In this document: one piece after another, positions 38,806 through 49,112 of the stretch
How positions within the stretch are numbered: position 1 is the stretch's first letter
Layout of the letters: each line of letters opens with the position of its first letter
Translations under genes and position numbers: made by a program
NCBI GenBank assembly: GCA_965204375.1
Contig: OZ241986.1
Location: 3,008,001 to 3,072,000, forward strand
From: Candidatus Latescibacterota bacterium
GTDB taxonomy: Bacteria; Latescibacterota; UBA2968
Direction of reading: 5' to 3'
Length of the DNA stretch: 64,000 nucleotides
The notes under the pieces: model-generated
The model's input: only the letters and a program-made list of their open reading frames with translations
Told to the model about the DNA's origin: nothing
The model's database searches: none

Positions 38806-40932
38806 ATGGCAAGCCAAAGATATGAAAATCTGTATGCACAAATAGAAACATCGCTACGAGAAAAACCAAAACGCACACAACTCTACAACGCAGTCAAACG
38901 GGCGCGAGATGCCCGGCGCACGGCGATTGATATTTTGCCACAAGGAGAGGCATTTCGCAAAGAAGTCCGCGACATCAAAGTACGGTGCTTGCACAACCTG
39001 GACGACCTGGTCAATCAATTTGCCGCAAAAGTCGAATCGCGCGGGGCAAAAGTCTTTCTCGCACAAGACGGTGCTGCTGCGATTGACTATATCTTAAAAC
39101 TATCAGCAGAAAAAAACGCCGAAACAGTGGCAAAATCAAAATCGCTAACAAGCGAAGAAATCGAAGTCAATCACCCGCTGGAAGACGCCGGCTTAGAAGT
39201 CATAGAAACTGACCTCGGCGAGCTTATTATCCAAAAAGTCCACGAAAAACCATTCCATCTGGTATTTCCCGCCGTCCATAAAACCGCCGTTGAAGTAGCC
39301 GAAATATTTAAAAAAGAAACAGGCGAAGACGTCCCTAACGATGTAGATGCAATTATGAAAATCGTGCGCAAATACCTGCGACCGATCTTTCTCAACGCCG
39401 ACATCGGCATGACAGGCGCGAATGTGGGCGTTGCCGAATCGGGCACAATTCTAATCGAAACCAACGAAGGCAATGCCCGTCTGGTATCGAGCATACCCGA
39501 TGTACACATCTGCATTATGGGACGCGAAAAAGTAGTGGAAACAGTAGAAGATGCATTGCAAATGATGCTGGCGCATCCGGTCAGCGCTGTCGGACAACAT
39601 ACGACAACCTATGTGACGTGGATGAGTGGGAGATCACCTCTGGGACAGGGCAAGGGACGCGCACCGCGGGAATCGCATATCATCATCCTGGACAATGGTC
39701 GCACCAGGATGCAAGAAGATCCCCTGTTTTCAGACGCACTCAACTGCATCCGCTGCGGCGCCTGCATGAATATCTGCCCGACATACGGCGTAGTCGGCGG
39801 CCATGCATTTGGATACATATACCCCGGACCGATTGGCATACCCTGGACAGCTGAAGTTCACGGCGTGGATAAAGCCGGCGACTTCGCCCCACTGTGTATT
39901 TCGTGTGGATTGTGCAAAGAAATATGCCCGGCAGAAATCGACATCCCCATGATGATAGCCGGGGTAAAAGACCGCGACAGCGAAGTCAATCCGCATCCGC
40001 GCGTCAACAAAATGCTGATGGCCGCTGAAAAAGCCGCAAAAATGAGCAGCTTGACAGCACCCATATCCAATTGGATGATGGACAATGGACTGGTGCGATG
40101 GGCAATGGAAAAAGTGATGGGCATTGATCGACGCCGTCAGCTACCCAAATTCAGTCGAAAAACACTCGTAAAACGCTTCGCAAAACGCGGGCCATCTCCC
40201 GCATCGAATCCCGTTCGCAAAGTAGCCTTTTTCACAGACCTATTTGCCAATTACAACGACCCCGACCTGGGAATGGCGGCAATTGAACGCCTGGAAGCAC
40301 TCGGTTGCGAAGTCATCATCCCCCCGCAAAAAAGCAGCGGATACCCCTATATCGGGTACGGTGACCTGAAAAACGCGAAAAAAACTGCACGCGAAAACGT
40401 GGATCTCCTCCTCCCCTATATAAATCAAGGCTATGAAGTGGTTGCAACAGAACCCACAGCAACGTATTGCCTGAAAATCTCATACCCCAAATTACTCGAT
40501 AAAGCAGACGACGCTGTCTCTGTCGCCGAGCACACATACGAATTTTTCGAGTTCCTCTCTCTACTCGAAAGCGATATTTCAGATGAAGAGCAAAATGCCC
40601 TGCGCGGACGCGCATTTGGATTCCACATCCCCTGCCACCAGCGTCCTCTGGGAGCGGGAGAACACGCAATGGCATTCTTGCGCCAGCGCGGTGCAGACGT
40701 CGCCCTCATCGAAACGGGTACCTGCTGTGGTATGGCGGGAACATTTGGCCTGAAAGCCGGACCCCTCGGTTACGAACTCGCACAGGCTGTTGGAGAACCG
40801 CTCTTCGAAGGCTTTCGCGAAGCCGATGTGGAAGCCATCGTAACAGAAAGTAGCGTATGCGCCATCCACCTCTCAGAAGGAACCGAACTTGAAGTCTGGC
40901 ATCCCTTAAACCTGCTTCGTCTCCTAAAGTAG
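38806..40932 (+). CDS. LutB-like LUD/4Fe-4S protein fused to CCG (GlpC-like) domains
   Basis: ETDLGE, NEGNARL, CIRCGACMNICP, CISCGLCKEICP, HIPCH, CCGMAGTFG. Confidence 0.9.
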   Translation: MASQRYENLYAQIETSLREKPKRTQLYNAVKRARDARRTAIDILPQGEAFRKEVRDIKVRCLHNLDDLVNQFAAKVESRGAKVFLAQDGAAAIDYILKLSAEKNAETVAKSKSLTSEEIEVNHPLEDAGLEVIETDLGELIIQKVHEKPFHLVFPAVHKTAVEVAEIFKKETGEDVPNDVDAIMKIVRKYLRPIFLNADIGMTGANVGVAESGTILIETNEGNARLVSSIPDVHICIMGREKVVETVEDALQMMLAHPVSAVGQHTTTYVTWMSGRSPLGQGKGRAPRESHIIILDNGRTRMQEDPLFSDALNCIRCGACMNICPTYGVVGGHAFGYIYPGPIGIPWTAEVHGVDKAGDFAPLCISCGLCKEICPAEIDIPMMIAGVKDRDSEVNPHPRVNKMLMAAEKAAKMSSLTAPISNWMMDNGLVRWAMEKVMGIDRRRQLPKFSRKTLVKRFAKRGPSPASNPVRKVAFFTDLFANYNDPDLGMAAIERLEALGCEVIIPPQKSSGYPYIGYGDLKNAKKTARENVDLLLPYINQGYEVVATEPTATYCLKISYPKLLDKADDAVSVAEHTYEFFEFLSLLESDISDEEQNALRGRAFGFHIPCHQRPLGAGEHAMAFLRQRGADVALIETGTCCGMAGTFGLKAGPLGYELAQAVGEPLFEGFREADVEAIVTESSVCAIHLSEGTELEVWHPLNLLRLLK

Positions 40933-40973
40933 GCACCTCCTGTCCTGAAATTGAAGACAGTTTTAAAAAAAAC

Positions 40974-41012
40974 TTGCATTTTAATCCAAGTGTATTATAT
41001 TAGTAATACAGT
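40974..41012 (+). promoter_or_regulatory. Promoter with YtrA-type GntR operator
   Basis: TTGCAT -35; palindrome TGTATTA-6-TAATACA (40991-41010) overlapping the -10, upstream of the GntR gene. Confidence 0.75.
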
Positions 41013-41037
41013 AATTCACTTGTTGAGAGAATACCTC

Positions 41038-41433
41038 ATGTTGATCTCGATTGACCATCACAATGGCATACCCGTTTTTCGCCAGATTATCGACCAGGTG
41101 AAATTCCACGTAGCCAGCGGGCTACTCGCGCCGGGCGACGAACTGCCCTCCACCCGCGCGTTATCGGGACAACTGGGACTCAATCCAATGACAGTGAGCA
41201 AAGCGTACAGCCTGTTGGAAGCAGAGGGATTAGTCGAGCGGCGGCGCGGACGACCTTTAACCGTAAAACCCTTACGAGATCAGACCGTACACGCCGAAAA
41301 GCTGTCACAACTCAAACCACAACTCACACAATTGGCAACAATGGTTCGGCAGTTGGGGGTTGATCGGACGGAAGTCTTAGATCTTTTCCTCTCCATCTTA
41401 GATACCCTGGAGGAAGATAATGATGGCACATGA
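41038..41433 (+). CDS. GntR (YtrA subfamily) transcriptional regulator
   Basis: PVFRQI, GDELPSTRALS, NPMTVSKAY; short C-terminus; precedes ABC genes. Confidence 0.93.
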   Translation: MLISIDHHNGIPVFRQIIDQVKFHVASGLLAPGDELPSTRALSGQLGLNPMTVSKAYSLLEAEGLVERRRGRPLTVKPLRDQTVHAEKLSQLKPQLTQLATMVRQLGVDRTEVLDLFLSILDTLEEDNDGT

Positions 41434-42313
41434 CCAGACATCTGTATTTGAAGCCACATCACTGACCAAAAAATTCGGCGACACCGTAGCTCTCAATTCC
41501 GTAACGCTCTCTCTTGGAGCGCATCGCGTAATTGGATTGATCGGGCGCAATGGCGGGGGCAAAACCACCTTAATCCAGCACATGATCGGCCTGTATTTGC
41601 CCACAGAGGGAACGTGTAAAACACTGGGACGCGCGTGCGATCAGTTGGGCGCAAACGAGCTATCGCGCATAGGCGTGGTCCATCAGGAAAACCGCTTTTT
41701 TGAATGGATGACCGTCAAACAGCATCTGCGCTACGTGTCCTCATTTTACGAGGTATGGGACCGCGACCTGGAATCACACCTGCTGCGAGAACTCGAACTG
41801 GAAACATCCGCACGCGTGGGCAATTTGTCTTCGGGTAACATGCAAAAATTGGGAATCATACTGGCAGTGTGTCATCATCCCGAGCTATTGATCTTAGATG
41901 AGCCAGTCAGTGGCCTGGACCCCATAGCGCGGGAGACATTGTTGAAATTTCTAATGACACTCTTGGCTGAAGACGAAAACACAATCGTAATCTCCTCACA
42001 CATTCTGCGGGACATCGAAAAAATAGTAGATTGGGTCGTATGCCTCGACGAAGGCAGGATCAAAGCCGACAAATCTCTGGACGATCTGCACCAGACCTAC
42101 GCAAAGTGGACAGTCACGGGAAACAACCTGCCCCAGCAATTTTCTGAGCCCTATATCCTGTCGCAAACAGTGAACGGGATACAGGCACAATTGATCGTCA
42201 ATCAGACACTGGGCAATGCAGATCAATTCAAGCGGACTTATCAGGCTGATATCACCAGTCAGTCCCTGAACCTCGACCAGCTATTTCCCATCCTGATTCG
42301 GGAGGGTGCGTAA
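41420..42313 (+). CDS. ABC transporter ATP-binding protein (YtrB-like)
   Basis: GRNGGGKT, LSSGN, LILDEP, ISSH. Confidence 0.93.
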   Translation: MMAHDQTSVFEATSLTKKFGDTVALNSVTLSLGAHRVIGLIGRNGGGKTTLIQHMIGLYLPTEGTCKTLGRACDQLGANELSRIGVVHQENRFFEWMTVKQHLRYVSSFYEVWDRDLESHLLRELELETSARVGNLSSGNMQKLGIILAVCHHPELLILDEPVSGLDPIARETLLKFLMTLLAEDENTIVISSHILRDIEKIVDWVVCLDEGRIKADKSLDDLHQTYAKWTVTGNNLPQQFSEPYILSQTVNGIQAQLIVNQTLGNADQFKRTYQADITSQSLNLDQLFPILIREGA

Positions 42314-43779
42314 TGGGTATCTCTCCATTTTTCACATTTTTGCGAAGCCCTGTTTACATTCTCATCGCATTTTTTGCATATCTGTTGCTCGCTCATGTCT
42401 GGATGTCTTCCCAAGCAGATCGAATCTCTGTATTCGTTTTGTTTTTCTTTCTTAAATTTTGGGGTGGGATAATCGGCAGCATCGTAGGGGAGAACCAGTA
42501 TCGGATGCTCACATGGACCCTGCCACATTTTCGCAAGCGTCTAATGATCTGGTCGATAATTGTCGGGTTGTTTTCCGTTATAGCGTGGACAGTCGCGCTG
42601 ACTTCTGCACCCCTCAATGCGTCCTGGTCAACGATTTTGCTGGTAAATTTGGGCCTCTATTGTATCGGATTTGCCCTTTCAGGAGGTTGGAGTTTTGGTA
42701 TCCAGCACCCCGGATTGGCTTCCAGGTGCCGGAGCCTCATCGTATTCCTGGGACTGGCATTAGCCTATTTGTGGCCAGGAGTGCTCGCTTTTGGAGAGCA
42801 ACAAAAATTGGGATTGGCTCTCATTGCATTCGTTATCGCAATTGGAGCTTATTATTTTGCCTTTAACCAGACAACTTTTCGGAGGAAACCATTTTCTTTA
42901 GTTCTTCCAGTGCGTTTAACCCTTTTTCCTCCAACCCAGGAGCTTTGGAAAAAAAATAGATTGAACAGGCGAAAGGCGAGTACCAGGGTATGGCATCTCG
43001 ATCACATCGGTACAGGCACCTTCAATTGGCTGCGTGCTGGTCAGTATGAAAACAGCGGTGCAGGCAGGGGGAGATGGCCGCTATGGCCGCTGTCCGCGTT
43101 TCCTGCAGTATTGGCAATGGTATTCTTTTTTTTTGGCATGACGACAGAGTTGTTCGGGATGTTGGGTCGATCTCCTTATGATTTTGAGACGCTATCAAAA
43201 ATGATTTATCACATGATTTTTTATTTTGACTCCAAGGTCGACGGGGATATATTCGCTACAGTGTTTTTCGGCATTTGTATGCATCTTTTTATTCCTCCTA
43301 CTTCACTGAAAAGAGGGTATGTCTATCCACTTTCTCGCACCCAGCGGATGTGGATTCGGTATAGCAGTTTGCTGGTGCAAAATATTTCTTTTTTTGTAGC
43401 ATCTATTCTGGTATTGGGCGTTCTGGGCATCCTGGCGGGAGCCAAGATCGGGTTTGTGTCTGAAGGAGAGGTTTCCCTGGGAATACTCTGTGTCCTTGGG
43501 TGGTGGGTCGTTCTTTTTCCAATATTTCAGTGGTTGCAAGTCAAATATGACCTGTATAATTTTCAAAGAACGCGGCAACAGATAGGCGGGATGGTTTTTC
43601 TGATCCTGGTCCTGATTTTGTCTCTTGTATTCACTGGTTTTACCAGTCTGATGCGTATCCGATATCCCGATCTTGTACTGACCTATGAAGTGCCGATCCT
43701 TTTTGTCTGTTTTATTCTCTTGCAATGGTTCTTATTGGCTCGGCTCAAACGGTATTATGCCACACAGGATCTGGTTTAG
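42313..43779 (+). CDS. Multi-TM membrane protein, probable ABC permease
   Basis: About 12 hydrophobic segments; TAATG coupling to the ATPase gene. Confidence 0.8.
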   Translation: MGISPFFTFLRSPVYILIAFFAYLLLAHVWMSSQADRISVFVLFFFLKFWGGIIGSIVGENQYRMLTWTLPHFRKRLMIWSIIVGLFSVIAWTVALTSAPLNASWSTILLVNLGLYCIGFALSGGWSFGIQHPGLASRCRSLIVFLGLALAYLWPGVLAFGEQQKLGLALIAFVIAIGAYYFAFNQTTFRRKPFSLVLPVRLTLFPPTQELWKKNRLNRRKASTRVWHLDHIGTGTFNWLRAGQYENSGAGRGRWPLWPLSAFPAVLAMVFFFFGMTTELFGMLGRSPYDFETLSKMIYHMIFYFDSKVDGDIFATVFFGICMHLFIPPTSLKRGYVYPLSRTQRMWIRYSSLLVQNISFFVASILVLGVLGILAGAKIGFVSEGEVSLGILCVLGWWVVLFPIFQWLQVKYDLYNFQRTRQQIGGMVFLILVLILSLVFTGFTSLMRIRYPDLVLTYEVPILFVCFILLQWFLLARLKRYYATQDLV

Positions 43780-44067
43780 TAACCGTGAGTTTTAAAGTGT
43801 GCGATGCGTTCAACGCAAATTTCGTAGGACAAAAAGCATAATTTTTGTACAATTATGCACATAAGCATTTGTTTTCTCATAGGTTTTTTAATTTTTTATA
43901 CACGGTGATTACTCCCAACGGTAGAGCAGTTGGGCTTCTTGGCGGTCAAGCCACCTGACTTTGTAATCCCAAAGTCAATATGTTTATCGCAGCATTGAGA
44001 TCTCTGTCTGCTGTATAGCCACACTTTTTGCACACGTATGTATTTCTATACCTAAAAAATAACGTGT

Positions 44068-47000
44068 ATGTTTGAAAACGGAACGATTCTCGACAAAAAA
44101 TATCAAATCCAGGCGCACCTGGGATCCGGGGGCATGGGCGAAGTCTATCGGGTTTTGGACCTGGAGCAAAGTCAGGAGTGTGCGCTCAAAATTTTGAATA
44201 CCATGGTGGATCAGAAGGCTGTGCATCGCCGCTTTCACAGAGAATTTCAAGTGTTGAACAGATTCCAGCACCCGCGCCTGGTACGCACGTATGCCTGGGG
44301 ATTTGCCGAAGAGCGTCCCTATTTTACAATGGAATATTTGCCCGGAAATACATTAGAAAAAATAATTGCCGATCATGCACGTTTAGGGCAATTCCGGACG
44401 TCTCACTTTTTCGATTTGATACAACAAATTGCTGATGGATTGGCATATATCCACGCGCAGGGTGCGGTGCATCGCGATCTCAAACCGTCCAATATTATGG
44501 TTTTGGAAACAGAAGAGGGGATCGAAACCACGATTCTGGATATGGGACTGGCCAAACTCAGGCATCTGCATAGCGTTTCCATTACGCAGACGGGCACAGC
44601 CATTGGCACGGCAGAATATATGTCGCCAGAGCAGGGTAAGGGACTCTGGGTGGATCACCGGTCGGATATATACTCATTGGGTGTGATTTTATACGAGATG
44701 CTCACGGGTGTACCACCCTTTTCTGGACAAAACCCAATATCTGTTATCATGAAGCATATTCGCGAGTCCCCGCCACCCCTGGATGAAGTCAATATCGCGA
44801 TTCCCGAACAGACGCAACAAATTGTGCTGAAGTTGCTGGCAAAGGAGTCTGTTGATCGCTATCAGTCGGCAGAAGAGGTGGTACGAGCCTTACCATCGAG
44901 ATTTGTACTACCCGATGACATGCAGCGCGATGTGCAAAGAAAAGTCATGCGGCCGCAATTTGTCGGGCGCGAATCCGAAACGAAGATATTGCGCGCCATG
45001 CTGAAGGATGTACAGGCTTGCGAGCAACGCGTGGTTCTGATCTCTGGTGAGTCTGGTGTGGGAAAAACGAGACTAATTGAGGAACTATTGGGCGACGCTT
45101 TGATCCATGACTTTCTGTGTTTGAAAGGCGCAGGCCAGGAAGAGGGCGGACAAATATACGGTGCGTTGATCAATGCTTTTCAAGGAATGACTGATTCGAT
45201 GGAAAGGGTTCCCGATTCTGTAGAATCAGACAAATTTTCTATTATGGAGCACTGGTTGCAGTTATTAAAGCGTCTGCAGCAGAAACAACCCATTGTGTTG
45301 TGTTTGGAAGATATTCAATGGGTGGATGAATTGACCCTGGAATTTTTACAGTATGTATTGCGTGATCCAGAACCGTGCCCGTTCTTATTATGCCTGACTT
45401 GTCGATGGTCTAACCTGGAACCGCTTCCAGAAGAAATTAAAAATTTTATACACAGCAATGCATTTGCCAAGGCGACTCAGATTCGGTTGAAAAATCTGCC
45501 ACAAGAAGCATCGGGATATTTAGCGGCGTCAATGTTGGGTGAACGATCCATACCGTCCGATGCATTGCAAACTCTATTCAGAGAAACGGGTGGGTTGCCC
45601 TTGTTTGTCGTGGAGGCGGTGCGGACACTGGTGAATGCCGACGTGGTTCGACAGAATGTGCCCGGCGATTGGCAGTGGGGAGAATTTCCCGAAACTTTGT
45701 TATCCGATGATATTTCAGAGATTTTGCACAGGCGCATAGCTACCCTTCCTGTGGTGCAACAGCGGGTGCTGGAATACGCCTGTGTTTTTCTAAATGACTT
45801 TTCTTTTGAGTTATTGGCAGCGGTTTGGCGCGGTGATGAATTAGAACTACTGGATATGCTGGACGACCTGATTGCAGAAGGACTTTTAGCACCTTGTGGA
45901 GAAACTGAAGATCAATATCGATTTTCACAGGAATTGTGTCGGCAGGCAATTTACGATCACATGCAAGATGTAAGACGGCGTCTGTTACATCGAGAAATTG
46001 GCAATATTTTGGAAAAGACGAAAGACGCGGAAGAATTGATAGAAGAACTGGCGGATCATTTTGCGGCAGCAAAAGAACGAGATAAGGCTGTGAAATATAC
46101 GCTTCTATCAGGCAAAAAGGCATTGGAAAAACATTCTTATCGCCAGGCATTGATGAGATTTGAGGCTGTACGGGACTGGGTAGCGAATGACGCCTTTGAA
46201 TCACCTGCAGATACTATTGATTTTTTGTGCGATTATGCAGATACGCTGCGTAACTGCGGTCAGCACAATAAAGCATTGGAACTTTTAGAGGAGGCACAGG
46301 CGTTATTGCCCGATGATCGGAAAGATTTGAAAGCGCGTATTTTGAATCGTGAAGGTGTTATTTACAGCTTGCTTCAACACAGGGAAATTGCTGAAGAATA
46401 TATGCTGGAGGCATTGCAGCTTTATCGTGAACTCGGTGATCTTGAGGGTGAAATTCAGACATTGGATAGTTTGGTTTATTTATGCGATGTGTCAGAACGG
46501 CACGAAGAAGCAATAGCGTATATGCGTCAAAAAATAGAGAAACATCATATGCTGGGAGATCCGCAAAACAGAGCTTTTATACAAGGGCGAGAAGGCCAGA
46601 CTGCATTAATGGAATTTCGCTTTGAGACAGCCAAAGAACATCTAAAAGCTGCAGTAAAAACATCTCAAAGACTTGGATTTGAACACTATCGTATTAGGGC
46701 ACTCAATTTACTTCAAAGAGTATATTTTTATCTCGGTGATCTCAATCGAGCAGAAGCCCTTTGCCATGAAGTCATCTGTGAGTGGCAAAAACGAGGCGAT
46801 GTGTATTGGGAAGCAATGAATCTTCTCTGGTTGGGAGAGTTAGCACTGGAACGAGATGATTTTACAGAAGCATTGGAATATGCCGAGATTTCGGTAGAGA
46901 GATTTTTGGAAACACCGCGAAGAGATTATGTCTATCGCGCTTATGCGATTGCGGCAACGGCTGCGGCGAGAATGAGAGATACAGAGACAGCACTGGAATG

Positions 47001-48870
47001 GGCAGAAAAAGCCAGTGAAGGTGTACAGCAAACATCGGGTATGTACACGGGCATATTGCCCCTGGTGCATTGTGGTATTGGTGTTGCTTTGGCTAAAGCA
47101 GGACGGATTGCTGAAGCTGAAGAGGCTTTTGAGCAGGCGATTGAATGCCGAAAAGAATCCAAAGGCGACAACTGGGCGCGTGCGCTACTGATGGCAGGGG
47201 AGTTTTATCTCAATTGCGATGATATGGCAAAAGCACAAGCACATCTCAAAGCGGCAAAACAGGCGTTTGAAGAAATGGAAATGTCTTATTTTCAAGAGAA
47301 AATACAGGTATTATTGAATCAATCAGGGGAATCTTCTCACGACAGTGATACTGCATCCGATTCTGAGATTTCAGTCGATACGTTGTCCGTTGATCGCTTG
47401 CGCTTGCTTTACGATATGAGCCGGGAATTGACAACAGAGCGCGATGTCAAAGTATTATTGGATCGAATTTTGGGTAATTTGTTAGCTGTTTATCCAGCAG
47501 AGCGCGTGCTTGTTGCGATTAAAAATGAGACCCCAAAAGGCTTTGTGGTCGATGCTGTGCGCTACCACAATGTAGAAGCAGATGATGCAGAAGCTCTGAG
47601 TCGGGGTATTATTCGCTGCGTTATTGAGACAAATGAGCCCATTTTGAGCATTGATGCCCAGACAGACGACAGGCTCAATCAATATCAAAGCGTAATAGAC
47701 TATCACATTCGGTCTGTATTGTGCGTGCCCGTATTCCATCTGAATGAAGGTGTGATGGGTGCGCTATATGTGGATCATCGCGGTATAGGCAACGCATTTT
47801 CTCAAGAAGATCAGACATTTTTACAGGCATTTGCAAATCTGGTGGGTGTCGCACTGGTCAATGCGAGAATGTACGAACAATTGGAAGAAAAAGCGCGATA
47901 TTTGCAGCAACAGGTCGAAAAACGATATCAGCTTGACGATCTGGTCGGGCAAAGCGATGCTATGCAGGCGATCTACCGGCTTATAGAACGCGCTGCGAAG
48001 AGTGATATTCCCGTGCTTATTCAAGGTGAAACAGGTACAGGCAAAGAATTAGCTGCGCGCGCCATACACTACAATAGTACACGCAAAGACCAGCCATTTT
48101 TGTCGCAAAATTGTGCTGCTCTTTCACCAGATTTATTGCAGAGTGAGTTGTTTGGGCACAAAAAAGGCGCGTTTACAGGAGCAACTGAAGATCATAAGGG
48201 GATTTTTGAAGCGGCTGATGGCGGTACGGTTTTTCTCGATGAAATCGCCGATGCTCCCCCACCGTTGCAAAGGAGTCTGTTGCGGGTGTTGCAAGAAGGA
48301 GAGGTGCGGCGCGTGGGCGAAACAGTGAATCGCGCAGTGGATATACGCATTATTGCAGCGACCAATCGAGACTTAAAACAGGAAGTTGCAAAAGGCTTTT
48401 TCCGCGAAGATTTGTATTATCGGTTGCACGGGATTCAGATCGATATGCCGCCTTTGCGAGAACATATTGAAGATGTGCCGTTATTGGCCGAACATCTGCT
48501 CACCCGAGCAAAAGAAGATGCAAACAAGTCGGTTGGGGGACTGACAGTGGGTGCAATCAGGGCGCTCACAAGCTATGACTGGCCTGGCAATGTGCGCGAG
48601 TTGGAGAATAAGATTCGGCGTGCGGTTGCATTGGCAGAAGAAGGTGGTGAAATCACGTCCAATTTGTTTTCGGAAGCTGTCGGCTACACGACGTCGGATG
48701 TCCCTGTCGGATACCAGGGACATTTACAAGATCGTGTTCGGGAATATGAGAAATGGTTGATTATGGATGCTCTCGAGAAATACGAGGGCAATATTACGCA
48801 TACGGCTAAAGAATTAGGGATAACGCGCGCTGGATTGCAGAAAAAGATCAATCGTTTGGAGTTGAGATAG
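44068..48870 (+). CDS. Ser/Thr kinase - STAND AAA - TPR - GAF - sigma54 activator (AAA+, Fis-type HTH)
   Basis: GSGGMG, HRDLKPSN, DMG, GTAEYMSPE; GESGVGKT/LEDIQW; TPR-like helices; SVLCVP...GALYVD; GETGTGKE, GAFTGA, FLDEI, FREDLYYRL; HTH. Confidence 0.93.
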   Translation: MFENGTILDKKYQIQAHLGSGGMGEVYRVLDLEQSQECALKILNTMVDQKAVHRRFHREFQVLNRFQHPRLVRTYAWGFAEERPYFTMEYLPGNTLEKIIADHARLGQFRTSHFFDLIQQIADGLAYIHAQGAVHRDLKPSNIMVLETEEGIETTILDMGLAKLRHLHSVSITQTGTAIGTAEYMSPEQGKGLWVDHRSDIYSLGVILYEMLTGVPPFSGQNPISVIMKHIRESPPPLDEVNIAIPEQTQQIVLKLLAKESVDRYQSAEEVVRALPSRFVLPDDMQRDVQRKVMRPQFVGRESETKILRAMLKDVQACEQRVVLISGESGVGKTRLIEELLGDALIHDFLCLKGAGQEEGGQIYGALINAFQGMTDSMERVPDSVESDKFSIMEHWLQLLKRLQQKQPIVLCLEDIQWVDELTLEFLQYVLRDPEPCPFLLCLTCRWSNLEPLPEEIKNFIHSNAFAKATQIRLKNLPQEASGYLAASMLGERSIPSDALQTLFRETGGLPLFVVEAVRTLVNADVVRQNVPGDWQWGEFPETLLSDDISEILHRRIATLPVVQQRVLEYACVFLNDFSFELLAAVWRGDELELLDMLDDLIAEGLLAPCGETEDQYRFSQELCRQAIYDHMQDVRRRLLHREIGNILEKTKDAEELIEELADHFAAAKERDKAVKYTLLSGKKALEKHSYRQALMRFEAVRDWVANDAFESPADTIDFLCDYADTLRNCGQHNKALELLEEAQALLPDDRKDLKARILNREGVIYSLLQHREIAEEYMLEALQLYRELGDLEGEIQTLDSLVYLCDVSERHEEAIAYMRQKIEKHHMLGDPQNRAFIQGREGQTALMEFRFETAKEHLKAAVKTSQRLGFEHYRIRALNLLQRVYFYLGDLNRAEALCHEVICEWQKRGDVYWEAMNLLWLGELALERDDFTEALEYAEISVERFLETPRRDYVYRAYAIAATAAARMRDTETALEWAEKASEGVQQTSGMYTGILPLVHCGIGVALAKAGRIAEAEEAFEQAIECRKESKGDNWARALLMAGEFYLNCDDMAKAQAHLKAAKQAFEEMEMSYFQEKIQVLLNQSGESSHDSDTASDSEISVDTLSVDRLRLLYDMSRELTTERDVKVLLDRILGNLLAVYPAERVLVAIKNETPKGFVVDAVRYHNVEADDAEALSRGIIRCVIETNEPILSIDAQTDDRLNQYQSVIDYHIRSVLCVPVFHLNEGVMGALYVDHRGIGNAFSQEDQTFLQAFANLVGVALVNARMYEQLEEKARYLQQQVEKRYQLDDLVGQSDAMQAIYRLIERAAKSDIPVLIQGETGTGKELAARAIHYNSTRKDQPFLSQNCAALSPDLLQSELFGHKKGAFTGATEDHKGIFEAADGGTVFLDEIADAPPPLQRSLLRVLQEGEVRRVGETVNRAVDIRIIAATNRDLKQEVAKGFFREDLYYRLHGIQIDMPPLREHIEDVPLLAEHLLTRAKEDANKSVGGLTVGAIRALTSYDWPGNVRELENKIRRAVALAEEGGEITSNLFSEAVGYTTSDVPVGYQGHLQDRVREYEKWLIMDALEKYEGNITHTAKELGITRAGLQKKINRLELR

Positions 48871-48881
48871 ACGTTGAACAG

Positions 48882-49004
48882 GTGCATCCAACTGTATGCA
48901 GCAGTGCATCCAGCTATATGCACTTGTATATCCTTATATAATTCAGATATTTATGTCTATTTTATTTAAAACAGGCGATTACAGGTGCATCCTGCCGTAT
49001 GCAC
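48882..49004. promoter_or_regulatory. Three palindromic enhancer (UAS) sites GTGCAT-N8-ATGCA(C)
   Basis: GTGCATCCAACTGTATGCAG (48882), GTGCATCCAGCTATATGCAC (48904), GTGCATCCTGCCGTATGCAC (48985), about 110-230 bp upstream of a sigma54 promoter. Confidence 0.8.
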
Positions 49005-49068
49005 TTGCGCCTGAATCTCGCAGATGTAGCACAAACAATTCTTAAATTTTATCTCCTTGTTTTTCAAT

Positions 49069-49096
49069 CACTTGAGCACATTCAAGTGTTTTTTTT
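49069..49096 (+). terminator. Terminator-like hairpin insulating the sigma54 promoter
   Basis: CACTTGA-6-TCAAGTG followed by an 8-T run; overlaps an IHF-like site at 49062-49074. Confidence 0.55.
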
Positions 49097-49112
49097 ATGA
49101 TAGGGAGATCTT

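Noticed and set aside
43914-43977. tRNA, suggested by the GGTAGAGCA D-loop-like word
   Set aside because: No TTCGA T-loop and no 7-bp acceptor stem or cloverleaf; kept only as a structured-RNA candidate
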